Made by a program: the position numbers and the translations under genes. Shown here piece by piece: positions 1 to 12,424 of a stretch of DNA of 64,000 bases. This DNA comes from Lama guanicoe (taxonomy: Eukaryota). The stretch covers positions 803,379-867,378 of the forward strand of contig MU053754.1 of assembly GCA_013239625.1 (NCBI GenBank), written 5' to 3'. The notes below the pieces were generated by a model. The model saw only the letters and a program-made list of their open reading frames with translations. It was not told the origin of the DNA and did not search any database. Position 1 is the first letter of the stretch. The number at the start of each line of letters is the position of its first letter.

Positions 1-382
1 TTTCCATGAGTAAAAAAAAGGGGGAAAGTACCTTCAGAGCAGTTCCCTGTGGCTCTGAGCTCACGGAAGTCTCAGACTTCCCTCAGGGAGGTTTCCGCGG
101 TGAAAGATGGAGCGTGAATTGGCTCAGAAGGGCTTGGTGGCCTCTTGGCAGATATAGGAAGATTTAATGGCAGAACCAGAGATACCAATGATACATCCCT
201 GTTGCTCTGGTGAACTTAGGAAATTCAGTGTCAGAAAGAGGGAAAGTTGAGATAAAAACAAAAGTTTAAAAAGTAGCTCTTTTGTGAAACAGAAAAGTGG
301 CCATAAATGAAAGACCAGCGTATTAAATTGAAGGAGAGTGATGCTGTGCAGTGATTTAATATTTAAGCCACGAGTATTAGCT

Positions 383-765
383 TGTATCATTATCCCCAGT
401 TCCTCACCCTTCCCCCATCCTGGTCTTTATCTTGTAACTATGTGTTGCTCTTCTACCATTTAACCTGGGACTCTGGTCTCACCCTTGTGACTTGCTTTCA
501 CTGATGGGATGTTACCAGATTTGATGCCAAGAGCTTGGGAAATGCTTGCATGCTTGGGCTGGACCTCTCTCCTCTGTTGCCTCAACGAAGGCCAGCCAAC
601 CAGCTAACCCCTAGGTGTGAATGAGCCCAGTGATAGCAACAGGACCGCCTAGCTGACTGCTGCTTACATCTACCTCATAAGTATAAACACTCACTATTGT
701 GTGCCGGGAAGGGGGTTGTGATTGTTTGTTACACAGATGCATCCTGGCAATAGATAACTGATAGA
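383..765 (+). mobile_element. MaLR solo LTR, old MLT1 subfamily (MLT1H/I/J-like)
   Basis: Starts TGT. Contains 'gtgacttgcttt...gatgggatgtta' and ends with the typical MLT1 terminus 'tgtttgttacaca...gcaatagataactgata'. Confidence 0.7.
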
Positions 766-1307
766 AGGACAAAACAACCTGGAAACAAATGTACGAACCC
801 AGTCACAGTTATAAAACCCAGTTTCTCTGGTTCTTTTCCTTCCCACTCTGTAGGAAATCTCGTTCCTCTCAGTGGTTCTGGTAATCCTAAGCAAAGTGTT
901 CCTGTCTGTTTGGTAAACGAGTCCTGCTGGCTTTCACAGCATTTCCACCACTTTGATCGTGCTACTCCAGGTAGCTGTGGTGAGGTTTCCTAATGTTGAA
1001 AATGCTGCAAGTTCTTCCTCTGTGACTGGTACCTCCCCAAAGAGCCCCGGTGCTGTCCAAGGATGGTCCCATCCCTTCTGACGCCAGTGCCTGTGGCAGG
1101 CTGCCACTGCCTGCTGCCAAGAGCACTAAGGCCACTTGTCCTCACCTACCCGTGTCTCTCCATCACTCCTAATGCCCGTCGATACTCAAATAGAGGTTAC
1201 AAACAGCCTTATGTTTGTATGTTTCTGTTTAGCAAAGTCAAGAATGAATTGGTATGTTTGAAGTCCCTCTAGCACACACAAGATATTCATTGTACGTTTA
1301 CTGGCGT

Positions 1308-1750
1308 TGTATCAGTTTCCGGTGGCTGCTGTAACAGATAGTCACAAACTTGCTGGCCTAAAACTAGACACATTAAATCTCTCCCGGTTCCAAGATCTCG
1401 AGTTCAAATTGAGCAACCCTGGGCTGAAACCAAGGAGTCTGCAAGGCTGCACTCCTTCTGGAGGCTCTCTGGTGCCTCTTCCAGGTCCCTGTGGCTGCTG
1501 GTGTTGGCTGGCATGTGGCCCTGTCCCTCTGTTACTCTGGCATCACGTTGTCTTCTCCCCACTGTGTGTGTCTCACATCATCTCTGCCCCCGTATAAGGA
1601 CATTTGTGGTTGACTTTCCGGCCCATCTGGATAATCCAGGATGATCTCCGCACCTCAAGATCCTTAGTCATGTCTGCAGAGTTTTTGTCATACGTTGTAC
1701 CATTTAGAAGTCCCGAGGATGAGGACAGGATATCTTTGGGGGCTGCTGTT
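1308..1750 (-). mobile_element. MaLR solo LTR, MLT1C-like
   Basis: 'tgtatcagtttcc...gctgctgtaaca...cacaaactt', 'ctccttctggaggctct', 'ggataatccaggatgatctcc...tcaagatcctta' and 'atatctttggggg' match the reverse-complement MLT1C consensus. Confidence 0.8.
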
Positions 1751-1990
1751 TGGACGTCTCCAAATCCTATTCTCACCCAAAAAGTTGATGAGAAAAGAAT
1801 CCATGTTAAATTTACCAAGAATGGATTTTCAATTCTGAGAAAGCCAATCAAACATTCAGCAACTGTTTACTGAGGACCTATTATGACATTTAAATAGTGA
1901 CCCCCTCAAGGCTTAATCGCAGGCTCCCTTACCCGTGGTGAATCAACAAGCAGACATCTTTCAGTCCCAAATAGTCCCAAATATCTAAAT

Positions 1991-2884
1991 CTCAGACTCT
2001 CCTTTAAACTCCACACATCCAGCTGCGTCTAAGGTGAATTTCAAGGGGACCTCAAACTCAGCGTTTCCCAAAGCAAAACTTACTCTCTTCCCCAGACAAT
2101 GTGCTTCTTACTGCACACGACACTGAATGTCACCCAAAACAGCCTTTGTGGGGGAGGCTTTCTGGGCTCCTCTGTCCCTCCCCTCATCTACTGAATGTGC
2201 AGCCAGTTGTTCCATCATGTGAATTTTTTATCCACCCTCTTCATTCCCGTCAGTGTCCTCTGCCATCGCTTTGGCAAGGCTCCCATCTTGCCTCACCCAG
2301 ACTACGTCGGGGCCCTCCTCACTGGTCTCTCCCCCGGATCTCCTCCAGTCCTCACTACACTCTCCACTTGCCAGAGAGGTCTTTTTAAAACACAAGAGTT
2401 CGTCCTGTGACTCCTCCACTGAGAACTCCTCAGTGACCTTCCACTGTTCCTGGGGTGAACTCGACCATCCCTCACCTCCTGCCAGGCTCTCAGGACCCTG
2501 CTGCTCATCTGGCTCTCTTGGACCACTTTGCATTATCCTTCCCTTTGAGAAGCATACCTCACCTGTGCCCGGATTCTTTGCTCCAGGGAGCCTTCTGCGT
2601 CCCACGTGAGCATCACCTCAGTTCTGGGATAAGTGTTTTGTCATCTGGTTTAAGCACCTGCTGAGCCCTTAACCTTCCCTGAGACTCACACCGCACCTCC
2701 TCAGCACGGCTGTCGCCAACCCCCACAGCATGATTGATTTCTTGACAGCATTGGCCAAACTTAGCAGTAAAAATGAATTGGCTCATGGTTTGTTTATTGC
2801 CTGCTTCCCGGTGAAAGTCTCTTTTCTCTGATGTACCTATATTCTCCAGCATAATACCTTACATAATAGGTGCTCAATAAATAG
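1991..2884 (+). mobile_element. LINE-2 3' fragment
   Basis: 'cctcaaactcagcg', 'cctcactggtctc', 'gccagagaggtctttttaaaacacaa' and the L2 3' terminus 'taggtgctcaataaata'. Confidence 0.75.
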
Positions 2885-4305
2885 GTCTTCAGAGAAAACA
2901 AACGAACGCATTCTAGTGAATAAAACAGACATAATCCTTGTCTTCTCTGAACGCACGTGTCTGTTACACTCACACACATCTTGGTTGACCGTAGCAAGTT
3001 CTTCCCTGCCAGTCCTGATAACGTTGATTCTTGGTCTTTTGGTTTTACTATTGCTAGTTTACAGGGAAAGGTCAGCTTTATTTTATACTGTCATAAACTT
3101 GTTTATTTTCCTTGATATTTGAGGCACTGTCTTTCTTTAAACTTCAATTTTTAACATCTTCATAGAGAATGTGCATGTGTTTTCATTCGTTTTGCCAAGA
3201 ACTCAGTGGATCTGCTAATTCTGTGTACATTTTTTGTTTTTAAGTTTAGGGAACTTCTTCATTTAAATTTTGATACTTTTGAGAGAGGAAGGTAGACATA
3301 CTGTAAGATGCCTTTTGACATTGCAGTTTGTTCGAAGCTTCTCTTTTTTTTTTTTTCTGCCACTTCTGAGGTTTATGGGATGTGTTTTCACTTTTCTATT
3401 TTTCAGCACTGCTCCTTCTGTTAGCATTTACTTTCATTTTCTTTCTGTTTGTGCAGCTCATTGGTGCCTACAGTATTTATTGCCTGCCTTCTCCTATGTT
3501 CATTTACTTTCTTGCTGCATCTTAATTGTAACCTAAATAATGCGTGGTTAAAACAACGTGTTCCTTGCATTAGTAAAATGAATAATCAAATAACTAACAG
3601 GAAAGAAGGTCACAGAAGGATCAATAATGATAGTTCTTTTGGACTAAGGAATGTAATTAGTCCAGTGTGTACTCTTAAGATCCAAGACTATTTTAATCTT
3701 ATTTAGTACACCATTAGCAAAATACTGCCTCAGATGGGCATTTAAATACTGCCTGGCTCATTGCTGAAATTTAATACAATCATTTGCATCTCATTTTGGT
3801 TGCAGTTGGAGTATGCAAGCTTCATACAAATTTGACATAAAACGAATGGTAAATCCATTTTTATTTGAGTCATCACTAAGAATTTATGGTAAGCACATGA
3901 ATTATGAAGATAAATAGAGCATTACCGGGAGTAATTGGGAAGCAAACCTGTGACAGGGAGGGCGCTGCACTCTGATAAAATAGGGCCTCCTTAGCACTGC
4001 AGTTTATCCTGAAGACTTACTTTGTGTTGTGTGTATTTATCATGGGTCTTAAGGAGAATGACTAAAAAATCATCAATCAGGTTATTAAAATAATACCATG
4101 CTTACCAGCAGAAATTGTTTGTTAAAAAGTTTTTAAAGTCTCCTTGGTTCATCTTGTGGTGCCGTTAAAAGAACACAAACTTTTTGGTTAAGTAAAGGCA
4201 GGCTTCATGTTTCACCTACACCCTCTTCTAATTTGTTTAACTTTGAGGAACCGCCTCTTAAATTCAATGTCCTCTTATATTAAATGGTCATAAAATTACC
4301 TTTAG

Positions 4306-4492
4306 CAGTGGTTCTAGATGTTGAGTGTGCACCATGGGCCCAGAAAACACAAGCCTTACCCTGGCTTCACCCTCAGAGAGTCTCATCTGTAGGTCTGGGC
4401 TGAGGCACAGAATCTACATTTCTGTCTGGTACCCAGGCGATGCACGTGCTGCTGATGCTGATCTGGGAACTGCAGTTAGAGGGGATAACCGT
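4306..4492. mobile_element. MER5A-like hAT-Charlie non-autonomous DNA transposon
   Basis: 'cagtggttct' terminus, 'gtaggtctggg...agaatctacatttct', 'cccaggcgatgc...tgctgatgctg'. Confidence 0.7.
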
Positions 4493-5615
4493 TTGGTAGT
4501 TCTGAAGGCTGGATGAGGAGCTTTGAAGTAGGTTGTTCCCCCCGAGATTCTGGTTGAAGTGACCCGGAGTGGGTGGCGGGGCAGTGGCTTCATACGCTGC
4601 AGGCAGGGCCGCCATCAGTCTGTATAAAGCTTTTGGCTCCCTGGGCGGTGATTTGGGTTGCTCAGAACAAGTTGCTTCTATGTCTTTGCATGTGCATTTG
4701 TCTTCATTCTGTTTTCATAGCTGAAAGAACCCAAATTGGTCAACAGGTATTTGCTTGTCTGTTTCATGACTCTATACATTTCAGCCTTGACTAATAGAAC
4801 TTAAGCCCAGCTTAAGAACTTAAGCCCTGCAGAGTTCAGGCTGACTGTTGAGGGCAGGTGACTGTTGTCTGTCCCCACACCTGTGACCCCTGTGGGCCCA
4901 CTGCAGAGATCACTCTAGTGGTAGAGTTGGGTACAGGCCGTGCATGGACACAATTCACTTAAATAAACCTTATGTTGTGATTTGGGTTCCAGTTCTAGGA
5001 TAAACAGTTTCTACTCCAGAGCTCATCTTTATGAAGATTTCATTTTTATAATAAACCCAAGATTAGTGAGTCTGGTAGTTATTTGCAGAAGTATTCAAGT
5101 GCAATCAAATGCTTACACAAATGGACAAACAGAAGGGTTTTGAAAGGGGGAATAAACAAGCTTCCCAGGTCATTACCCACTTTTGAAATTGCAGATAATT
5201 CTCCTGAAGCTTATTACCCAATCCTGTTTTCTTAGAACGTAAAGAAATCTCCAGATAAAAGATTTTCCAGTATCTGATGAGGACACTGGAGTAATTTACG
5301 ACCAAAAGACCTCCTAAGCCTAAAATGACTGGTCTATGATTCAAGTAATATGAAGTGTTACAAAGAGGTACCTGGCTCTTCAGAGCAAGCGCAGTTACTT
5401 CTTTGAGCCCAAACTGCTCTGAAGTGTGAAGAGAATAAGGGATAGCGTACTCCAAGTACTGTTATTTTAAACACGTAAATAGGATATCTGAAGTCTCAGA
5501 GAAGTCACCGGGAGAAAGGAAAGAGGTGCCTTAAGAAAGGGACACAACGCTGAGAGTCTTTTTTTTAAATAAACATATTTTATGAAATGTCTTATTAGAT
5601 GAAAATGGGCTCTAA

Positions 5616-6125
5616 TAGTTATCTCGTTCTGTGGGACAAGGATCCGACACTTAGGAGTTTAAAGCAACCCACATACGTATGTTATCTCATAGTCTGTGTG
5701 TCTGCGGAGTGGCTGAGCTGTGTGGTTCAGGCTCAGGGTCTTGCACGAGACTGAAGTCGAGCTGGCAGTCGCGGTTGTGGTCTCAGAAGGGTTTAGGAGT
5801 CTGGAGCGTTTGTTCACTAGGTAGCTCACTCAGCTGGCTGTTGGCCTGAGGCCTCAGTCCCTCATCACGTGGGCCTCTCCAGAGGGCTGCCTGAGTGTCC
5901 TCCCAGCAGGGCAGCCGGCTTCCTCCCAAGGGAGTTATCCAAGAGAATGTGAGAGGGGCCATAGAATGACTTTATGACCTAGGCTCGAAAGCCACATACC
6001 CTCGTTTCCTCAGTGTCCTGTTGGGTGTACAAGCCAGCCCTATTCAGCACAAGAGGGACGACACAAGGGCACAAAAACCGAGAAGTAGGCCTCATTGGGG
6101 GCTGTCTTGGAGGCTGGCTACTGTA
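5616..6125 (-). mobile_element. MaLR solo LTR, MLT1F/G-like
   Basis: 'tggctgttggc...gcctcagt...cacgtgggcctctcca...gggctgcctgagtgtcctc', 'ttttatgaccta'-like motif, and 'tcttggaggctggcta'. Confidence 0.8.
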
Positions 6126-6493
6126 CTGATCTTAGGACCAGCTGGGAAAGGATTTCAGCTAACTTTAAGGCCACTGCAGTGACTTTTGGAGTAAGAAATA
6201 AAGAAATGTTATACTTTTGAGAGACAATAAAGCCTCATTCCTGAGGCCTCGCCAGTAAAGCGTCTAGGCCAGAGAACTCAAGAAAATAAAGAGCCATGTG
6301 CAGCATTAATGTGCCCTCAGACTTCGCTAACTAGAGTGCTTGTATTCATTCACATCACCTCTAACTCAGAAGTGGTGTTCAAAGTTATGAACGTCAAGGT
6401 TGGTGTAATCCAGTTGAATTTTTGCAAGTAAGTTGTAGTGCAGGTTAAAATCTTCATGTTACATATCATGAAGACAATTCAAAATTGGTTAAC

Positions 6494-6770
6494 CCACTGT
6501 TATCCAATGGAAATACACTGAAAGCCACACATGTAAGCCACTCATGCAGTTTTACATGTTCTGGAAGAGGTGAAAGTAATTTTAATTGTACATTTTTTGC
6601 CTCAGTATATCTAAAATATTATAATTTCAGTGTGTAGTTGGTATTAAAGAATTTGTTGTACTAAGTCTGGAATCCAGGGTGAATTTCACACTTACTGTAC
6701 CTCTTTATTAGATGAGCCACGTTCCAAGTGTTCAGTAGACATGTGACACTAGTGGTCACTGAATTGCGCA
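6494..6770. mobile_element. MER33-like hAT-Charlie DNA transposon
   Basis: 'tccaatggaaata...gccacacatgtaa', 'cagtatatctaaaatattat', 'gagccacgttccaagtgttcagtagacatgtg...ctagtgg'. Confidence 0.65.
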
Positions 6771-9700
6771 ATAAAGACAAATTATTGGAAAAAAAATTCC
6801 AGCAGTCAATCTCACAACAGGCCACACCCGATCAAGAGGGCTCCTCAAACCAAGTCACCAAGGCCACATCTCTGTGGCTGAGCCTCTTCCAGTGCTGGCT
6901 TAAAGCAAAGGCTGCAGCTGTGGCTGCTGAGCTCCGGGTCTACCCTGTGTTAGCTGGGGAGTCATGAGCCTAGCACCAGCCTCACGCCGGCAGGTGCATT
7001 TGGCGTTCATTTTCTCTCAGTGTCCCAGGTTGGGTAACCTGACCGTTCTGGCTCTAGTCATTGTGGCTAATATCACGGGACCCACTGATTGTGTAGGTAT
7101 TTAAATTCTGCTCCTAGAATTCAGAAGTGGGCTCAAGTCTCCTGAACGACGTGGTTAAGGTTAGGGACGGAGTTCATTGCCCAGAGGAAAATCAGAACAC
7201 TTACAGCAAGACATGAGGTGGGGAAGAGATGACACGGGGTCAGGAATGAGCACCTGTCCGTAACCCAAGTAACAAAGGAGGTGTGTAGGCAGAGGTCGTG
7301 AATTCCATCTCTTGGTGTCCTACCATGAAAGGAGAGGCAAGTTGAAGGTCACCACAGGCTAGGAACATCTGCATAACTCTTGCTGGTGCTGACCCAATTA
7401 TTTGTCCAGTAGAAGATCTGGGACCCACTTGTAAGTCAGTAATGTGCCAGTGGCCCTTTTGAATCTCTCTGTAGGCAGGAGAAGCATCCCGAATTTTCAG
7501 TATGATAGAAAATGTCCTCAAAACCATACACACTTCTGTGTGACAAGGAAATAATATGAAATAGACTGTGATCACTAAAGCATTACTTGGGGCTTCGATA
7601 TTAACATAGACTGCTTGCTACCATCGTATAGCTGTTTCTTTCTTAAAAAGACAGAATACAGAACTCTATTCTTTCCTGATGTCTGTGTAAGGAGTCTTTC
7701 TAGGGAGTATTAAATGTGTGTTACTGGATTCTGTGGGTCTTATTTGAATAAAATTCCAGTTCTACAAGAGGCCACATCAAGTAAAAAGAATTCCTTTAAA
7801 AAAAAAAAAAGGTTCAGTTTGTACTCTATGTGTCTGCACCTATACGGACAAGATAGGACTTTTTTTAATTAAAAGAAGGCATGTGTTAGGGTGGAGAGTG
7901 TGTGACTGGTATTTTTCTCTTCAGAAGTCTTATGTTGACATTATAACAGCATCTGAACACGTTTTAAAAGAAAACATGTTCCTAAAAATCACTGACTCAC
8001 AACCTATTGAAGCAGCTTCCACGGACTCGCAGCCTGACAAGGGAGGTGGTGGCACGCAGGCAAAGAAAGACTATTTTTGTTTGCTGAGTCTGTCACCGTG
8101 CAGTGTGTCGTCGTCCAGAGCTTTCTTAGGAAGGAGAGTAAACTTACCCAAAAATGCACACAGTAGGAACAGCGTAGAAAGGTCACAGTGGGGAAAGCTA
8201 GGTTTCTTCTAACACGGAGGAGGTAGGCTGTCTTATTCATTTGTAAGTGACCGTCATTTGTTTGCGCTCTTAATTTGATAGCTGATGACATGTGAAATGT
8301 TCGTCTCTCAGATAGAGTCTAAGGTCCCAAATCCTCCTTCCCAAAGCAGCTTTTCTCAAACGGAGAGTGAAGGGGTAAAAAAAGTAAGCGAGAAAAAGAG
8401 GGAGGGAGGAGGTTTCTATTTCAGCAACAAGGCTAGATTCTCATGCTACTTGTAACTCAAGCAAAACTTTCCGAAGCACAACCGAAATAGCTCCCCTAGA
8501 ATTTCAGAAGAGGAGAACCAAGCCCAGAGGGTCTGGGCTGAAAATGTTAAGTCTGATGCTGTTACTGTGGTCAAGTGAGATGACATATTTGTGTTTTTCT
8601 GATTCTATTTAAAATTGGTCTTTTTAAGAGGTCCACCGACTTCAAAGTATCTTCCTACCGCCCTGCCAGTGCATGCAGTTTCCACCCTGAGACGTGCAAG
8701 TGGGTAAAGAAATGGAATTTTTAGAAGGGCCTTGTTAAATAAGACATACGTCTGTGGAGCAGATAGGACAGCAGCCCCAAAGTACCCAGTTCTGCAGCCG
8801 CACGAAGCATTGAGGGGATGGCCGGGAAGTCCTGAGAGAACGGTGCCGAGTCCCTTTGGCTAGACCCGGAAAGGAGGGAAGTGAACGCTCTCGACCTTCA
8901 TAAGCACTGATTTTCTGGTGCCAGAATAACAGCTAAATTACAGGTCTCCTCCTTCTCAGTCTACTCTGGGTGTTTCCGTAATTTATAATGAGCAGCCCTC
9001 TGCTGTGACAAAGCCGAGCAGGGTCCTGGTGGTCCTTCCCTTCTGCTCAAGTCAGCACAGTCACACCCAGAATTCCTGAGTTGCCAGGTGCGTTCTCACA
9101 TCATCTTCTTTGTAGACGGCTAGGTTTTTTTGTTTTGTTTTGTTTGTTTTTTATGTGTCTTTCTCAAATCTCAGTTTTTCTTACTCTGTGCCGACCTCTG
9201 GGCACTCGAGACAAGGAGTCCATGCTCACTTTCCAGTATCACTCATCTGATTGCCTAAAAGAAGGGGAAGAACCTTCCTGTTCTTCCCCCACTGATGAGT
9301 GAAGAGATGTAGATTCAAATTTCTTCATCATTTTTCTTTTTCTGGCGAAATTCCATGAATAAGAACTTTTGTTGGCTCCAGAGACAGAGAGAGAGAGGAA
9401 ATAAAGTGGCCCAACTGTGGCACGGAAGACGTAGATGAGCTCTGGACGTGGTGTGGCTCTGACCGAGGACAGAGCTGGTCCCTCAGCAGCACTCGCCCCC
9501 CGCATGTGCGCTCCGTGGGAGACAGCCTCACACGTGGAGTGCGCACTAATTACCCTCCTCTCTGCTTGACTCATAGTTGGTGAATGGCTTTTGGAGCTGT
9601 GTGCGGTCTCACCTCCCTTCCTGATCTGCTCTTTATTGAGTAAATCAGCAGCCGATGTCTCTGCAGTGATTAGAAAACCAAAGAGAATGACTTCAGATGG

Positions 9701-10611
9701 TTATAGGTCACTCTAGTAAGCTACTTCTGCAAAATGAAGAAATCCGTTATGGGAATTAGCAGCAGACCTCCATCAATTCTGTGTGGCAAGACAGAGGTTT
9801 GATGCCAGAAATTAAATATGGAAACTGGATAATATATAACAGGTGTGATTTACAGTCTGTCTGTCCCTGTCCTTTTCCCCTGGGTGTCCAGCCACACTGT
9901 TGCAGAATGTAGACTGCTCACGCCGGGACATGTGAGTCCCCTTAGACTTGGATTTGTTGAAATGTGGCATTGGATCAGGCAGCCTCTTCTGTACGTTAGT
10001 TTTTATTAGTTACAGCTAACCCCCCTCTTCCCAGAAGTGACCCCTTCTAGCTGTCAGTAAACACAAAGCATGTTTTCTGTCAACCGGACACAATGCAGAG
10101 ACTAAATTCGCAACCAAGTGGTGAAGGGTGGATTAGAGGCAAGACCTCGTTCTCGTCACTCTCATCTCTCTGTTTGCCAAGCCCTCCTACCTCGTGGACA
10201 CTCTAAAAGCAAGTGAGAAGGTCAGGGCTCTCCTATCTGTAGTGTGTATTACTAGCTTATAGGGAAGAATTCACACAAAATGAAGATAATTTAATGCAAA
10301 TCAATATGAGGAGTCTAAAATTTTGTGTAATGTAAATATGTATTTATTAAAAAGAGGTAACAGCAGAGGAAAAAAAAAAAGATTGAGCAGGATTACAATT
10401 GGAATTTAGCCACATTGCAAGCATGTGAACAATGATTCTTAAAATCATTTTAATTATCCAGGAGTAACTCACAAAGGATTCCAGACACTAATTAAAATTT
10501 TTTTTCATGTTTTCATGTCCAGCCCTCCCTTTGGGTTAATCAGAACACAGTGTGGTTAACCCAGATGAGGCTAGGTCTCATCAAAGATTTTTTCTCAATT
10601 GTATAGTTGTA

Positions 10612-10975
10612 TTTCTTTAATAGTGCTATTGAGATGTATTTACATACCATTAAATTCACCTGCTGTAAAGTGTGCATTTCAATTTTTTTAGAATATGTAC
10701 AGAATTATGCATCCTTCATCATAATCTAATTTTAGAATATTTCCATCATCCCTAAAAGAAACCCTGTACCCCTTAGCAGTCACTCCCCCATCTCCATCCC
10801 TGCAGCCTCTGGCAAACACTCACCTCTGTTTCTATGCATTGGCCTGTTGTGGACATTTTATGTAAACGGGGTCATGCTGTATGTTTTTTTGGTGGCAGCC
10901 TTCTTTCACCTAGCTGAATGTTTTTGCATTTCATCCGTATTGTGGGGAGTACCAGCCCTCCACTGCTTCCTCTTG
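10612..10975 (-). mobile_element. Old L1 (L1MB-like) 3' end
   Basis: 'attgagat...tacatacca...aaattcacc', 'ctaattttagaatatttccatcatccctaaaagaaaccctgtacccc...agcagtcactcccc'. Confidence 0.8.
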
Positions 10976-10989
10976 TTTGATGGAGTTAT

Positions 10990-11440
10990 TGTTAGCTATT
11001 GGTTCATTGCCTCTCAGCTCCCAGTGCACCCGTCAATACATGTTCTGTCATAAACTGTGGAATCCCTGTGAGCATCTCTCCGTTGAATATGAGCACCTGG
11101 TAAGGTTTTCTCGGTAGAGGTCGCTGGAAGGACATTGCAGGAGGAGGAAGCCCCTCAACTTCTGGGGCAGGTGGGTGGGGAGATCGGAAGTGTGGTGAGC
11201 ACTTCAGGGGGAGCCAGCCCCAGCCGTGGACTCCACACCCAGCAGCCCTGACACCCGGCTCCGGCAATAGTCTTTCTCCAGCCCTCTCAATGCAGAGGCC
11301 AGGTCCACACGCAACTTAGCCCTCTGCAGGCTCCCCAGGGGGCCCCTCCCTGGGGACACCAGTGCACAGCTTGCCCTTACCTGCTGGTTGCTGATCACCT
11401 GCTCCTTCATCCATGTTCCGGGTGTGCCCTGCGTCTGCCC
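10990..11440 (+). mobile_element. ERVL-type LTR fragment (LTR33-like)
   Basis: The 5' end 'tgttagctattggttcattgcctctcagctcc' resembles the LTR33 start and the body is GC-rich. The 3' end is not recognisable. Confidence 0.45.
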
Positions 11441-11445
11441 AGCCC

Positions 11446-11875
11446 TTGGCTGTTGTAAATAGTGCTGCTATGAACGTTGGGGTGCATGTATCTTTTTGAG
11501 TTAAGAGTCCCTCTGGATATATGCCCAGCATTGGGATTGCTGGGTCATACGGTAAGTCTGGTTTTTTGAGGATCTCCATACTGTTTTCCATAATGGCTGC
11601 ACCAAACTCCATTCCTACCGACAGTGTAGGAGGGCTCCCTTTTCTCCACACCCTCTCCAGCACTATCGTTTATGGACTTTGTAGTGATGGCCATTCTGAC
11701 TGGTGAGAGGTGATTTTATTGTAGTTTTGATTTGCAATTCTCTGATAATTAGTGATACTGAGCATTTTTTTCATGTGCCTATTGGGCATTTGTATGTCTT
11801 CATTGGAGAATGGCTTGTTTATGTCTTTCTGCTTGTTTTTGGATTGGGTTGTTTGTTCTTTTCTTATTAAGTTGC
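11446..11875 (-). mobile_element. Younger L1 ORF2 C-terminal fragment
   Basis: Minus ORF 11316-11663 contains '[16 protein letters not shown]...QKDTCTPTFIAALFTTAK', and the DNA is highly similar to 23410-23800. Confidence 0.9.
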
Positions 11876-12011
11876 TAAACGCTGTTCTACTTTGTCCTTT
11901 CTTAGACCCTCTCCCTGAGGCCAAGTGTACCATCTATCATTACCATATATCTTATAGTTAGTTACCTGTTCATCACAGGTTATAATTCTTTACCCCTTTA
12001 AGTTATTACTA

Positions 12012-12424
12012 TATGATTTCCATCGCCTGTGGGACCCAGCCTGCTGCAGTGGTCCATGCATGGTGTACCATGTATTATTTATCTATTTGTCAGGTGATGG
12101 GCATTTGGATTGTTTCTGTTTGTTTGGCTGCTAGAAATGATGCCACTGTGAACAATGGAATGCAAGTCTGTGGAGACATGTTTTCATTTCTCTTGGGTAG
12201 ATACTCAGGAGTTGAATTGCTGGGTGACATGATACGTTTGGATTTAACTTACAGAGAAACTGCCAAACTATTGCTGGTGGGAGAGAAAAATTGTACAGCC
12301 ACTATTGTCCAAAGTGGCTGCACAGTTTTTCCCTCCCACCAGCCACGTATGGGGGCTCTGATTTCTCTGCATTCCCATCAGTGCTCGTTACGGTTTTTCT
12401 TTTTGGATTATAGCCGATCTAGTA
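12012..12424 (-). mobile_element. Old L1 (L1MB-like), continuation of the 10612-10975 element
   Basis: 'gatgggcatttggattgtttc', 'ttttcatttctcttgggtagatac...ggagttgaattgctggg', 'gaaactgccaaact', 'ccaaagtggctgcac'. Confidence 0.8.
12273..12343. repeat. Inverted repeat: 31-bp arms, 9-nt spacer
   Basis: 12273-12303 is the reverse complement of 12313-12343 with 3 mismatches, compared base by base. Confidence 0.9.

Noticed and set aside
3745..3756. 'aatactgcctgg' matches part of mature miR-200b
   Set aside because: Only 12 nt match, the rest of the mature sequence differs, and no complementary arm is evident.
4796..4827. Short direct repeat agaacttaagccc x2, with similar micro-duplications near 1963, 17822 and 30968
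   Set aside because: Ordinary slippage micro-duplications, expected at this frequency.
5105..5455. 116-aa minus-strand ORF in unique sequence
   Set aside because: Non-ATG start, no recognisable homology and no convincing splice boundaries.
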